Of a DNA stretch of 64,000 nucleotides, positions 1 to 13,963 are shown piece by piece. Both the position numbers and the translations under genes were made by a program. Origin of the DNA: Eledone cirrhosa. Lineage: Eukaryota. The stretch covers positions 58,466,001-58,530,000 of the forward strand of contig OZ024747.1 of NCBI GenBank assembly GCA_964016885.1, read 5' to 3'. The notes under the pieces are model-generated. The model worked only from the letters and a program-made list of their open reading frames with translations, was not told where the DNA came from and did no database searches. Each line of letters starts with the position of its first letter. The first letter of the stretch is position 1.

Positions 1-322
1 TCTAGAGATGTGTATGATAGTATGAAGGTATGAAGGTGTCAGTGTTTATGTACTTATGCTTGTATTTGTATGTTAATATTTGCATACACACGTATATGTG
101 TTTGTGATACTGAGACAATGAGAAAGAAATGTCTATCCGATTAATTAGACAGCTTGTTGTCTCTGATGACAGGTAGTCATATGCTCTGCTTTCCTTTTGT
201 TTAGGTGTTTTCAACATAAAAACGTACAGCTCCTGAAAAGCTAGGTTTTGCTAATCATAAACCGTCTACACAATTTCAGTTTTCTCTTCTAAAATTCACA
301 CATACACACGGTTTTATAACCA

Positions 323-1358
<1,036 letters not shown>

Positions 1359-1677
1359 TAGTTTTGAATCAACAGTCCTATTGCCAAAAGTACATGTTCT
1401 AGTACGTTTTCAGAGACACTATATTCCCGAGTACGTTATTCAGTGTGGTCTTCATCTTTTCCATGTCAGTGTATGATAGTTTCAGGAGCTATGGTCGCTA
1501 TGTTGATGAAGTAATACAAGCGTACAAGCGGGTAGAGGCGTTCTCGTTCACTAGTTATAGGGACCTTAAACTGGCAGATGTTCAAGAAATCTATTGAACA
1601 GCAAAGAGTTAGAGGAGATTGAATTGACTCATTACTACATGTTATATTGCCTCTCCTTCTCTCTCTTCCACTCTCAG

Positions 1678-1811
<134 letters not shown>

Positions 1812-2277
1812 CGTATATACATGTATATATACATATACATGTATATATACATATGTATATAGATGAATATGTATATGTATCGTAGATTGAATTGACTCAT
1901 GTCTGCAGGTTATATTACCAATTATAATGAGATGAAAGTTGAAGTCAAACACAGTGATATTTGATTGTAAAAGGCACAAGTATGATGATACTGGTTCTGA
2001 GACATTTGCGTCTTCAAATTCTGTTTATGCAATAACGTAATTAAATCAAATAATTAAGCAACATCCAATAAGGAATTATGATTTAGCTAAACAAGAAAGC
2101 AAATCAGTGGACTTATTAGAGCTTACTACTTGATGGTTTGTGGTATCAGTTCTGGCTATTTATGTAGTGAGTTCATGAGCTGAAAGCTGCGCAAAAGGTA
2201 TTTGGCCAATGTTGACACACACAGACATACACACACACACAGACGCACACAGACACACACATACACACACACACGCA

Positions 2278-2355
<78 letters not shown>

Positions 2356-2407
2356 TACATACATATATATACATATATATATATATATAGTCATATATAT
2401 ATATATA

Positions 2408-2486
2408 TTGTTTTTATTTGGGGAGGGCCATATTGTTATAATATTGCCAGAAATAATAAAACACACTCGCTGTTTGGTTTGGATCA
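2408..2486 (-). mobile_element. Short family D terminal fragment (others at 31421-31477, 46078-46172, 51734-51855)
   Basis: Matches the reverse complement of 50785-50858 (ggggagg...atattgccagaa.taataa...acacactc.ctgtttggtt). Confidence 0.7.
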
Positions 2487-2501
2487 TATATATAGGGCCT
2501 G

Positions 2502-2548
<47 letters not shown>

Positions 2549-2549
<1 letters not shown>

Positions 2550-3507
2550 CAGGCCCTAACGGGTCTTTCCGTATCCGCCATTCCTTTACCAGACCATCCA
2601 CCCAGGTTGTTCCTTTTGTATTCTTCCGGTGTTTTTTTTTTTGCGGGTCTTTATATATTGGACAAACGGGTCGCCGTACAGCGGAACGTTTTGCCGAATA
2701 TTTGAGAGACATACGACTCGGTTTGGATACTCCTGTCGCCCGTCATTTCTGTTCTCCTGGTTATTCTTCCCTACATGTTTCAGTCCTGAGTGACCTTTAC
2801 ATCATGGATCACAGGGCTCGCGCACCAGGACTGAACAAAGTCTGATTCACCGCCTTGGGTCCTATTCCCTTCTTGGACTCAACTCACCTCCCCAATTTCT
2901 CTAATACCCCGTCCATTATCACACCCCTAGATTCCTATCGGTTTCACTTGATCAGTAATATCTCTTACAACTAATACATGCCGACTATATATGCTCAACC
3001 CACTTTTCTCTTTACTGCTCTATATACACACATACACCCCCTTATATTAACATACTTTTGCTCATAGCTTCGTACTTACATGGACACACACTCTTTTACT
3101 CACATGTACACACACATTTCTTCTTAGCTTCATACGGACGTATAATAACACAGACACACACACATGCATCCGCACGTGCACAAGTATAGCTCTTTTTACA
3201 AATCATTTTTTTTTTCCATTTCAGGTAGACGCGCTCTATCATCCACTTTTCTAAAAAAAATAAATCATACACAAAAGCCCAGCACCAACAGTTTTGCAAG
3301 AGATGTCAACATGAATGGACCTGTTATTTTTATCTAAAGACAATTTTTCCATTTCCTACCCACCCCTCTCCTCAATCTATCTTATTTCTCATTCTTTCTT
3401 CTGGTGAAGGACTAGCGTCCGAAACGTTAAGACCCTATATCAAGCGTTAACCTAATATATTCCTTCGATGTACTGTACCGATTACCTTGTTATTTCTGTT
3501 TAACTTT

Positions 3508-3510
<3 letters not shown>
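2549..3510 (+). mobile_element. 5'-truncated copy of the same Neptune-type PLE (EN C-terminus + 3' UTR)
   Basis: Colinear with 9741-10710 (TGPNGSFRIRHSF...GSLYIGQTGRR...PVARHF); HHR 3397-3432; (TA)n on both sides. Confidence 0.92.
3397..3432 (+). ncRNA. Minimal type-I hammerhead motif with variant core CUGGUGA
   Basis: TCTT-CTGGTGA-A-GGAC(TAGC)GTCC-GAAA-CG-TT-AAGA: stem I TCTT/AAGA, stem II GGAC/GTCC, palindromic stem III ACGT. Confidence 0.75.
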
Positions 3511-3569
<59 letters not shown>

Positions 3570-3663
3570 GGAGGTGAGTTTATGTATATACATTATATAA
3601 ATGTTGATTTAACACTTCACGGCACGCAAGTGTTTTTTAAGCTTCATATCATGTCTCCCTATT

Positions 3664-3723
3664 TTATCTGATGAGAACGCAAATATCATCCGATGATGAT
3701 ATTTGTTTTTGAAATGCTCATAA
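3664..3723 (+). ncRNA. Type-I hammerhead with long stem II, in a ~200-bp island between (TA)n arrays
   Basis: TTAT-CTGATGA-[GAACGCAAATATCATC CGAT GATGATATTTGTTTTT]-GAAA-TGC-TC-ATAA: canonical core, stem I TTAT/ATAA, perfect inner hairpin in stem II. Confidence 0.72.
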
Positions 3724-3760
3724 TAAAATACATGGAACTCTTTTAACCATCTTTTGATCT

Positions 3761-3852
<92 letters not shown>

Positions 3853-3883
3853 TTATTTTTTTATTAGGGCTGAATTGCGAGTT

Positions 3884-3929
3884 TTTTTACTCTGGAGCTT
3901 CGCTTGTTTATCACACGGTCATCAGACAA
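3884..3929 (-). ncRNA. Degenerate hammerhead motif
   Basis: Minus strand CTGATGA-CCGTGT(GATAA)ACAAGC-GAAG-CTC(CA)GAG-TA; GAAA mutated and stem I weak. Confidence 0.4.
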
Positions 3930-4580
3930 TCTCTTGACCTAATAAAATGAATATGAAAACTCTACGTCGGTATTAAGACTACTCTCTCAGCTGTCAACGA
4001 AATATGGATAATTTATATATATTTGTGTGTGTGTGGGGGGGGGGGGGTATTTTGAAAGTATGCTATTCTATAAGTGACAGCATTGTTATAAAAAATATAC
4101 CGTAACCCTGCATCGTCGCCCACGGAAATCATTGTTATTCGTCATATACTGAGTTCTGGTTGTGAAATAACTATTGCGTTTTAATATAAGCTTAACTAAA
4201 AACATACTTTCAAACTACATCTAAGGAAATGTCAAGAAATCGGGAGAAGTAATCACAATATATAATATATTGATAAAAATTAAAATCAATAATTTAATAG
4301 CTTATATTTTCTTCATAATCAATTGTTATATAGAACATTTATTGAATGATCGAATCGAAAGATTTTCAGTTATAAATCAAACCATTATATTCTATTTTAA
4401 GTTAATTTCTTTATATTTTTCACGTTTTTATTTTGCAGGTAAATCAAGAGACCATATATAAAATGGAATATATGTGTCAAGTCATCTGTACCTTTATACT
4501 GTTGATCGAACGGTACGCATATATATATATATTTTATATATATATTATATATATTATATATATATATTTTATATATAATA

Positions 4581-4760
4581 TTGGCAGTATCGATAGAGTG
4601 ACGGACGCCATGCTTTGACGCATAGAGTTACGGCCCTTGCCATTCTGATTTCAAATCCCGTCGATGTTAACTTTGCCTTTCATCCTTACGGGGTCGATAA
4701 AATAAAGTACCAGTAATACACTGGGTTATTGCTGGCCTTGTGACAGAAGTAGAAACAATT
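4581..4760 (+). mobile_element. Nin-core SINE
   Basis: Colinear with 47784-47964. Confidence 0.88.
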
Positions 4761-5262
4761 CTATATATATATTTTATATATAATATATATATATATAATA
4801 TATATATATTTTATATATATATTATATATATAATATATATATATTATATATATATTATATATATATTATATATATATATATTATATATATATATTATATA
4901 TATATTATATATATTATATATATATTATATATAAATATTACATATATATTATATATATATATATTATATATATATATTATATATATATTATATATATATA
5001 TATATTATATATATATTATATATATATATTATATATATATATATTATATATATATTATATATATATTATATATACATTATATATATTATATATATATTAT
5101 ATATATATTATATATTATATATATATATTAATTATATATTATATATATATATATATATTATATATATATATTGTATATATATTATATATATATATATATT
5201 ATATATACATATTATATATATATTGTATACATAATATATAATATAATATATATATTATGTAT

Positions 5263-5445
5263 AATTGTTTCTATTTTAGGCTGAAAGCAAGCAATTACCC
5301 AGTACATTACTGGTACTTTATTTTATCGACCCCGTAAGGATGAAAGGCAAGTTAACCTCGGCGGGATTTGAACTCAAATCATAAAAGGACGTAACTCTAT
5401 GTTTCAAAGGTTGGTGTCCGCCTCTCTACCGATACTGCCAATCCA
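5263..5445 (-). mobile_element. Nin-core SINE
   Basis: Reverse complement of the family consensus. Confidence 0.88.
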
Positions 5446-5696
5446 ATAATATATATATTATATATATATTATATATATATGATATATTATATATATTATA
5501 TATATATATCATATATATATATATATAATATATATATATATACTTTCTTGACCACTTTTTCAGCTTGTATGACATTTTAACATATTATTTAGCTCTGGTT
5601 TTTTAACTATGGAGCGCTCGCCAGCATAATTCTGATTTTTGCGTTTCGTTTCGCTTTTTCTACCCGCCGAAATGCGATTCTCGCAGAATCTATATT

Positions 5697-5761
<65 letters not shown>

Positions 5762-5763
<2 letters not shown>

Positions 5764-5942
5764 CACGTATAGTGTAGAACTGGCTTCTACCGGACTATAA
5801 CTGTTTCATCCCATAGAAATCTTCATTGAATGAAACAGTTCTAATCTTGGAGAAAACACTTTTATATTAAACGTGATTTCTACAGTCTATTAAACTACTG
5901 AGTACATTACTTACTGTGATTACCTCCAATTCCACCCGACAC
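5762..5942. mobile_element. Family A fold-back HHR element, degenerate copy
   Basis: aactgtttcat...atgaaacagtt inverted core; tail ctgagtacattacttactgtgattacctccaattccacccga matches 21138-21180. Confidence 0.7.
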
Positions 5943-5951
5943 ACAGACACA

Positions 5952-5984
<33 letters not shown>

Positions 5985-6740
5985 TCACACACACACAAAA
6001 CACACAAATACTCTCTCTCTCTCTCTCTCTCACATACACACACACACACACTTATATATATATATAATGCCATATATAACTCAAAAGAATACTCGTCAAT
6101 GTTTACAGGTAGAGTGAATTCAGCTAGAGACAGGCTAAATTTCAGTATTAGCCATGATGTTCGCAATATCATAATCTTACTAGAATCATAGTCAGACGAA
6201 TGTTCTTGTGATGAGTGTTTCAAATGTAAATGACAATGACATCAGGAGAAATTAGATAGGCAAACATAGATGGAAGTGCCTGAGACAAGAAAAAACAGCA
6301 CGAATACACACACCCATACATACACATGTGTGTATGGTGTATACGGACATTTAGAAATGTGTTGGTCTTTCAGAACGTCGAAATACATATGCCTTGGTGT
6401 TTGTTCCAGCACATTTTGGTCTTAATTCAAATATATCCTATGGCAAATTTATATTTTATCCTTATGAGATCGGTACGTAGATGCCAATCTTGAGGAGGAG
6501 TTCGTTTCCTCCTCTCTCACCCCCCTCTCTCATCTCTCTCTCTCTCTCTCTCTCTTCTTATTCCCCCAACTCTCTCTCCTCTATGATTTCACACATTTTC
6601 TCTCTCCTTCTCCCACTCTCCCCAAACCTGCTTCCGGTTGGTTTAAAATGTCGAAGGTGAGCGATGACCCTAACGAATCTAACAGGTGTTTATGAGTATA
6701 CATACACACACACACACACTCATATATATATATAACAGGT

Positions 6741-6781
<41 letters not shown>

Positions 6782-6782
6782 G

Positions 6783-6928
<146 letters not shown>

Positions 6929-7505
6929 GTGTGTGTGTAAAACATAATATTCACATCTACTGCACAACTGCATTAATAAGACATAATAGGTTTAAAGTGT
7001 ACCTCCATGTTATATTACCTATAGCCATTAAGCACAGTTCATTCAACGATATACGTACCACGATGATAAATGAAGCGGAATGATTCCTGTGAATTACCAT
7101 AGCTAAATCAGATCTCAGATTTTTAATTTCATTATGATTTATACGAGGCAAAGTTATTCAATATCCTCTAAGTAATTGTGTCTTTCAAATTTACACATAT
7201 CCAAAGATCTCTTTCAATTTTTCAAATCAGAACCGAGTCTAAATGACAAGCCAAGCATAATCTAATGTTTCCAGTTGTTGCCTCTAAATATACTCTCTGA
7301 AAAAGGAATGCTTCACTCTCCTCTCTGTCCTTCTACCCAGCCCCCATTTCCTCATATTTTTCTATTTCTCCCCTCTGCCTGCTGCTCTTCTCCATCCCTG
7401 CTGTTTGGTTTCTGTTCATTGCTAAAATTAATTGACGTGCTAAAAGCGTGTAATTGACTAGAAAGCGGTCTTCAATCCTTTGTAGGGGATATATGCACAC
7501 ACACC

Positions 7506-7578
<73 letters not shown>

Positions 7579-7593
7579 GAATACGTATATGTA

Positions 7594-7627
<34 letters not shown>

Positions 7628-7932
7628 AATATATATATATATGTCGGGGTATGTATATATATATATATAATGTAAATATATATGTGCGTGTGTATATGTA
7701 TATACACTGTAAATCCATGTCCGTAGTTGCACGTTTATTATCATGTGTAAGTAGATATATTTATATAAAAGAAAGAAATACGTGAAAGTCTATATATACT
7801 TTTTTAAATATTTTCTGAAGACTATGCACAATTATCTCAACATATCACCCATGGACACATCTACACACATACATGTATTTATTTTAAAAAATCACTCACA
7901 TAAACACTCACAAGCACACAAGGAAACACACA

Positions 7933-7976
<44 letters not shown>

Positions 7977-8283
7977 TCCCCAGTGTCCGCGCATTGCCTG
8001 GAGACTTGGCTGAGAATAGACCTCTCTGATGACGCAATGAAATTCTCAACAGTTCATTACGTAACTGTCTTTATCCCATTGCAGAAACTAATTAGTTGGA
8101 GTGAAAATTTAAGTAAGTAAGTTAATTTAAAATTTTTTTTTTTTTAATTTTCTTATTTTACGTCTTTTATATTATTGTTCTGCATCCTCCTGCATTGAAC
8201 CACCTAGGTACTATGACATAATCTGTGTATTTGCTGGCATTAGCGTACATCTGTGCGCTTATGTTAGTAGATATATTAAATTA

Positions 8284-8315
<32 letters not shown>

Positions 8316-8339
8316 GCGAGAGAGAGAGAGAGAAAATAA

Positions 8340-8695
8340 GAATGTACGAAGTAGTGGTAAATATTAGTGTTCATACATATTTCAATGACGAAAGTGACCA
8401 CGCGAATCCATGCAGCCAGTGCCATGACGTCATAAATCAGCTTCCTTACATGATAAGGTTACGAACCCAATCCAATCAAAACTAAAAAGGCAATTGGAAT
8501 GGACAAAGATGATGTTTTTGAAGCCTTTGCCCCGAGAACGTAACTTTACTATGTAATGAAGCTGTCTGATGAGATCATGGCACTGCTTGCTTGGAATGGT
8601 GTAGCCCCTGTCGTCATTGAAATATGTATCACAGCATTGTCAATAAAGTACTTTATCATTTGCAACTACGTTGTATTTTCTTATTCGAAATATAC
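8340..8695. mobile_element. Old fold-back (head-to-head) HHR element, family C
   Basis: Reverse complement of 8372-8463 aligns to 8549-8630 (cgtaac.tta...gaagctg...tcatggcactg...tcgtcattgaaatatgtat) with many substitutions; left HHR core decayed. Confidence 0.75.
8561..8635 (+). ncRNA. Type-I hammerhead ribozyme motif
   Basis: GCTGT-CTGATGA-[long imperfect stem II]-GAAA-TATGTA-TC-ACAGC: 5-bp stem I GCTGT/ACAGC, near-palindromic stem III, AUC cleavage triplet. Confidence 0.78.
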
Positions 8696-9494
8696 TCCGT
8701 TATTCCTATGTGGAAAAACTACTTAGAGAGCTTGATTTGAATTGCATCAATGATTACCCTCGCCCTGTTGGTCGACAATCCCCCCACATCCACGATACAA
8801 AGTATGCTCTTAGACTCTTCAACTCTTTCTCCTTCCCTCCAGGTCCCTCCCGCCTTCTCTTTACCCTGGACATCACCTCTCTCTATACCGTCATCCCTCA
8901 TGATGACGGCCTCCGCGCCCTCCAACATATTTATATTTACGCCCTACCCCTTACCCCAGCACTACCACCCTTCTCCGTCTGGTTGAGCTTGTTCTCACCC
9001 TCAATGGATGTTCTTTTTCGGGTGAATTTTATCAACAGGTCTCTGGGGTAGCGATGGGAACCAGAATGGGGCCAATCTATGCCAATTTGTTTTTTGGCTA
9101 TATCGACGACTGTATCGGCGCCACCTCTTTATTAAGATTACAGCTCGACTGTTTTCTTTCTTTTGTCTAATCTTTCCATCCTGCTCTCAATTTCACCGCC
9201 TCCGTCTCAGATTCTTCTGTCGCTTTTCTAGATATTTCTCTATCTATTAATCACTCTCACAACACTCTCTCTACTTCCATCTTCATTAAACCATACCTAT
9301 ACCCAATTCCTCTGTCTTCGTCGACTTTGTAGCCAGGACGACGATTTCGAAACACATTCCCTTCGCATGGCTTCCTACTTCATCCAGCGTGGATACCCCC
9401 CCCCCCCCTCCCCTGATCCAAGCTGCTCTCACTCACCCCCCTTGAAACAGACCGCACTACAGCCCTCTCACCTCATCCCGTCCTCCCAACACCC

Positions 9495-10088
9495 TTGTTC
9501 CTTTCCCTCTCACCTACCACCCCATCACCCTACCACTCCGGCGACATATCCTCCGTTCCTTCCGTATCCTCTCGCTTTTTTCCAAACCCACCCATTACTG
9601 CTTTTAAGCGCGCCCGCAACCTCCGTGACCTCCTGGTTCGCAGTTCCTTTCCGTCCTCTGCCACGACTCAACCCGGCTCTCGTCCTTGTTCCCGTTCCCG
9701 CTGCAAAACATGTCCCTTTATTTCCACCCTCACCACTCTTACAGGCCCTAACGGTTCTTTCCGTATCCGCCATTCCTTCACCTGCACATCCACCCATGTT
9801 GTCTATGCCCTCCGGTGTTCCCTTTGCGGGTCTTTATATATCGGACAAACGGGACGCCGTTTGATGGACCATTTTGCCGAACATTTGAGTGACATACGAC
9901 GCGGTTTGGATACTCCTGTCGCCCGTCATTTCTGTTGTCCTGGTCATTCTTCCCTACATGTTTCAGTCCTGAGTGTCATTTTACATCATGGATCACAGGG
10001 CTCGCGCACCAGGACTGAACAAAGTCTGATTTACTGCCTTGGGTCCTATTCCCCTGTTGGACTCAACTCACATCCCCAATTACTCTAA
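9495..10088 (+). pseudogene. GIY-YIG endonuclease domain of the Neptune-type PLE (fragment of a disrupted single ORF)
   Basis: 197-aa ORF with VVY-x-L-x-C-x2-C-x3-YIGQT, EH, ARHF and terminal GLN motifs typical of PLE endonucleases; upstream RT frame is broken. Confidence 0.9.
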
Positions 10089-10586
10089 TACCCCATCCAT
10101 TCTCACAACCCTAGATTCCTATCGCTTTCTCTTGATCATTAGCAGCTTCACTTACAACTAATACATGCCGACTATATATGCTCACTCCACTTTTCCCTTC
10201 ACTGCTCTATATACACATGTACACAACCTTATATTAACACACTTTTGCTCATAGCTTCGTACTTACATGCACACACATTCTTTTACTAACATATATACAC
10301 ATGTCTTCTTACCTTCATACGGACGTATAATAACACACACACAGACGCGCGCGCGCGCGCGCTTACGCACGTGCACAAGTATAGCTCTTTTTAAAAATCG
10401 TTTTTTTTTCCATTTCAGGTAGACGCGCTCCATCATCCACTTTTATAAAAATAAATCATACACAAAACGCCAGTACCAACAGTTTTCCAAGAGATGTCAA
10501 CATGAATAGACCTGTTATTTTTATCTAAAGACATATTTTCCAATCCCACCCACCCATCTGCTCAATCTATCTTATTTCTTATTCTT

Positions 10587-10622
10587 TCTTCTGGTGAAAG
10601 ACTAGCGTCCGAAACGTTAAGA
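10587..10622 (+). ncRNA. Minimal hammerhead motif (Neptune PLE 3' UTR)
   Basis: TCTT-CTGGTGA-A-AGAC(TAGC)GTCC-GAAA-CGTT-AAGA; one stem II mismatch. Confidence 0.7.
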
Positions 10623-10720
10623 CCCTCTTCGTGCTATATCAATCGTTAACCTAATATATCCCTTCCATATACTGTACCGATTGTGTAGTTATTTCTGTTT
10701 ACCTTTTACATACATATATA

Positions 10721-10765
<45 letters not shown>

Positions 10766-10778
10766 GAGAGATAGAGAG

Positions 10779-10868
<90 letters not shown>

Positions 10869-10880
10869 GAGAGAGAAATG

Positions 10881-11050
10881 AATTCTACAGAAGAACTCGA
10901 ACTGTTTTATTCGTATGAAATCACCAAGACATCCTTGATGATTTCATACGAATGAAACAGTTATAGTCCTGTAGAAGTAATTTTTATGTAAATAATGAAG
11001 ATAGTTAACTGTGGCTATCCACCTACCCCTACAGAATTTGGGGATCTACA
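10881..11050. mobile_element. Family A fold-back HHR element, diverged copy
   Basis: Imperfect palindrome 10883-10976 with TTGATGA-TTTCATACGAAT-GAAA-CAG(TTATAGTC)CTG-TA-GAAG on + and a decayed mirror on -. Confidence 0.75.
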
Positions 11051-11051
11051 T

Positions 11052-11124
<73 letters not shown>

Positions 11125-13565
11125 GCATGTGTGTGTGTTTGTGCGTGTGCGTGTGAATGGGTAAACCTAGATAGGCCTACATAAAGAAATCTAGAAATAT
11201 GAGACATATACAGAAAACATAAATAAAATAAATCGGTCATGTTTGGGTAATGTTACCGAAAAAATATGAATTCATTTCTTTTAACTATAAGGTTTCCTTT
11301 CACAAAAACCCAGTAATGCATTACATTGTTCGAATTAGCATAATCATTAGACTATATGATTAAATGTCTGGTGTTATTACTCCGGTTCTTTATAACTCGG
11401 GGTCATATACAACCAAGGTCAACTGTGCATTTCACCTTTTAGGACTTTAGAAATCAAATACCTGTCCATGAAGGAGGGGTGGCGGAATTTTAAGAACGTC
11501 GGATATGATACATTGCTTTCGCAGCTGTGTCATCATAGTTTGCATGCAACATCACTCGTCTCAAGATGCATAACACTCTAGATTTTCCTTTGGCATGATC
11601 GGTGCTGCGAAGAGAAAAATATTTGCATACAAAAGGAATTGTTGTTCTCCCAACAAAACTGTTTTCCATACCTGCTCCTTTGAAAGGATAGATACAATTA
11701 TAGGTTCTATCCATATGTCCCGGATATACTTCCAGCGAAAAAAAAACACCCAATTGTAAACAAAAAACAGTTAGAATATCTCTGAGCACGACAGAATTAT
11801 CGCCAGACAGAAATATCAATTGAAATTGCCAGTATACTTTATTGGTAGCTGTCGCATCTCTTACTAAAAATGATTTTCCTTTAAGAATAGGTAATAGATT
11901 TTGTGAAATTAATTCTTAATTTTTCTGAAATTACCTCCTCTATTCTTTAAAAGTTGCTGACATTTACCAATAATTTTTTTTCCTTTGCATTCTTGTTAAA
12001 CTAAGGCACAAGTTGCAATTGAAAACTGTTTGCCTACGTCATTTGTTGTATTACGTCTTGTGAAAATGATCTAAATTCATATCCTTAGCTTATTTAACTC
12101 ATTTTCTTTAGATTAGAAATATGTTTTCAATTATATCACCATTTACCCAACTTCAGATTCATGCCTGACATTTTGAGGTGCGTAAGCAATTTTAATATTT
12201 ATCACTTAGAGATTTGAAAGCACCGAGCTTTTGTGAATTTGTGTTGCTATTCATCACACAAGAACATATATTTGATGGTATTTGTGTGGGTTTATACAAC
12301 GATGTGAAGTTCATGATTATCAAAATATTAAAGATATTCTGACGACAATCTAGAAACTCAATGAACTTAACACGTGACACTGATAGTGTTTAAACATTGT
12401 GGTTCGATTTACTATAGTTACCAGTTAAATTTATTTCGACTCCGAAACAAATGTAATCAAAAATAGTACACAATGCTTAATGTAGTAAGCGTTTCACCGT
12501 CTGAAGAAAAGTTGGGATGGTTGTGGTTGGAATGATTTCCATCATATATCTGTTCGGTCTTTGTTAACATGTGTCCAAATGGCCACAAAAAATATAGTAT
12601 TAATAACACCAAACAAGTTTGGCTTTGCTGTAGCAGTTCAAGTAAACGTAATGATGGCAGACAGCAATGATGTTACGCCTAACTTAACTTCGAACTCATG
12701 GCAGCACTTTAATACATCAAACGTAAAACCACACAAAGCAAAGCACCATTAAGCTACAAAATAATTAACAATATAGAAATCAATTTGTCCTCAGCTGAAT
12801 TCAGGTGAGTAATAAATCGAGGGATATTAACACACGCACTACAAAGTAAAAACTTAAGTACTCACTACTAATAAACTTAAATATTCGAGGAGTAACATCT
12901 ACCATATTTCATCGATGTAAAATTCAGTGTAGCGAGAATCGTTCTCTCTTTAAATGAAATACATGTCCTGGATAGTAATGAACCCATAAAAATCAATGTA
13001 TAATGACGAAATGCAGAGTTCTATTCCCTGAGTAATGTTGTGAGGAATACATAATTCATGGTTTGACTTTACTATAAACATCTCCATAACAGAGCTATAA
13101 ATGACAGAGAAATCAGCCATTCAAATATTGGTTGCTGCAAACAATATATTCGCCCATCAGTAACAATTGAAGAGGAGTAAAATATTCTCTGAATTTATTT
13201 GAAGACTGTGAGATGTGGGAAGGAACACAAACATCGAATTGAGAAAATCTGAAGAGATCAACAATGTTTAAAAATTACTGAAATATTTATTTGTCATGAA
13301 AGTGAAATATGGCTATGGATTAAAAATCTAATCTTTTTTTTCTCGTGGGGAGAAGTGTTCAGTGAGAAACAAAAATGATTCATTAGACACATCTGCTTTC
13401 CGATGTCGTTAAAGAGATAAAATAAATTATCACTCAAGTCCTAGGGTCAAATTCATCGATTGATATTTTTGCCTCTTAGCGTAACTCAAACTTGATGAAA
13501 AGCTGTGAATCAAAAGCGAATATCATAAATCTGCTAACACGTTTAGTACATATCATTATTACTAT

Positions 13566-13754
13566 GGCGGTGGATTGGCAGTATCGGTAGAAGGTCGGAC
13601 GCCATGCTTCGACGCATAGAGTTACGGCCCTTGCCATTCTAAGTTCAAATCCCGCCGAGGTTAACTTTGCCTTTCATCCTTACGGGGTCGATAAAATAAA
13701 GTACCAGTAATGTACTGTGTAATTGCTGGCCTTGTGCCAAAAGTAGAAACAATT
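13566..13754 (+). mobile_element. Nin-core SINE, first of a tandem pair
   Basis: Full length; flanked by ATTATTACTATG. Confidence 0.9.
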
Positions 13755-13773
13755 ATTATTACTATGATGCCAA

Positions 13774-13963
13774 GGTGGGTGGATTGGCCGTATCGGTAGA
13801 GAGTCGGACGCCATGCTTTCTAGCATTGAGTTACGTCTCTTTACGGGCTGATTTCAAATCTCGCCGAGGTTAACTTTGCCTTTCATCCTTGCGGGGACGA
13901 TAAAATAAAGTACCAGTAATGTACTGGATAATTGCTGGCCTTGTGCAAAAAGTAGAAACAATT
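13774..13963 (+). mobile_element. Nin-core SINE, second of a tandem pair
   Basis: Full length; followed by ATTATTACTATG. Confidence 0.9.

Larger units (their letters stand above)
8740..10710 (+). mobile_element. Decayed, 5'-truncated Penelope-like retroelement (Neptune-type): RT, Cys-rich linker, GIY-YIG endonuclease, 3' UTR with hammerhead
   Basis: Frameshifted RT motifs LLFTLDITSLYTVIPHDDGLRAL (~8850-8920) and GVAMGTRMGPIYANLF..YIDDCIG (~9045-9120). ORF 9495-10088 gives AFKRARNLRDLLVRS, linker PCSRSRCKTC, and GIY-YIG VVYALRCSLCGSLYIGQTGRRL..H..H. HHR at 10587-10622; ends in a (TA)n array. Confidence 0.93.

Noticed and set aside
11490-13300. Apparently unique region with 109-aa and shorter ORFs and a hydrophobic stretch (VKLGVTSLLSAIITFT) vaguely like a receptor helix
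   Set aside because: Frames are broken by stops and no family motif is recognisable; a decayed gene or lncRNA cannot be excluded without a search.
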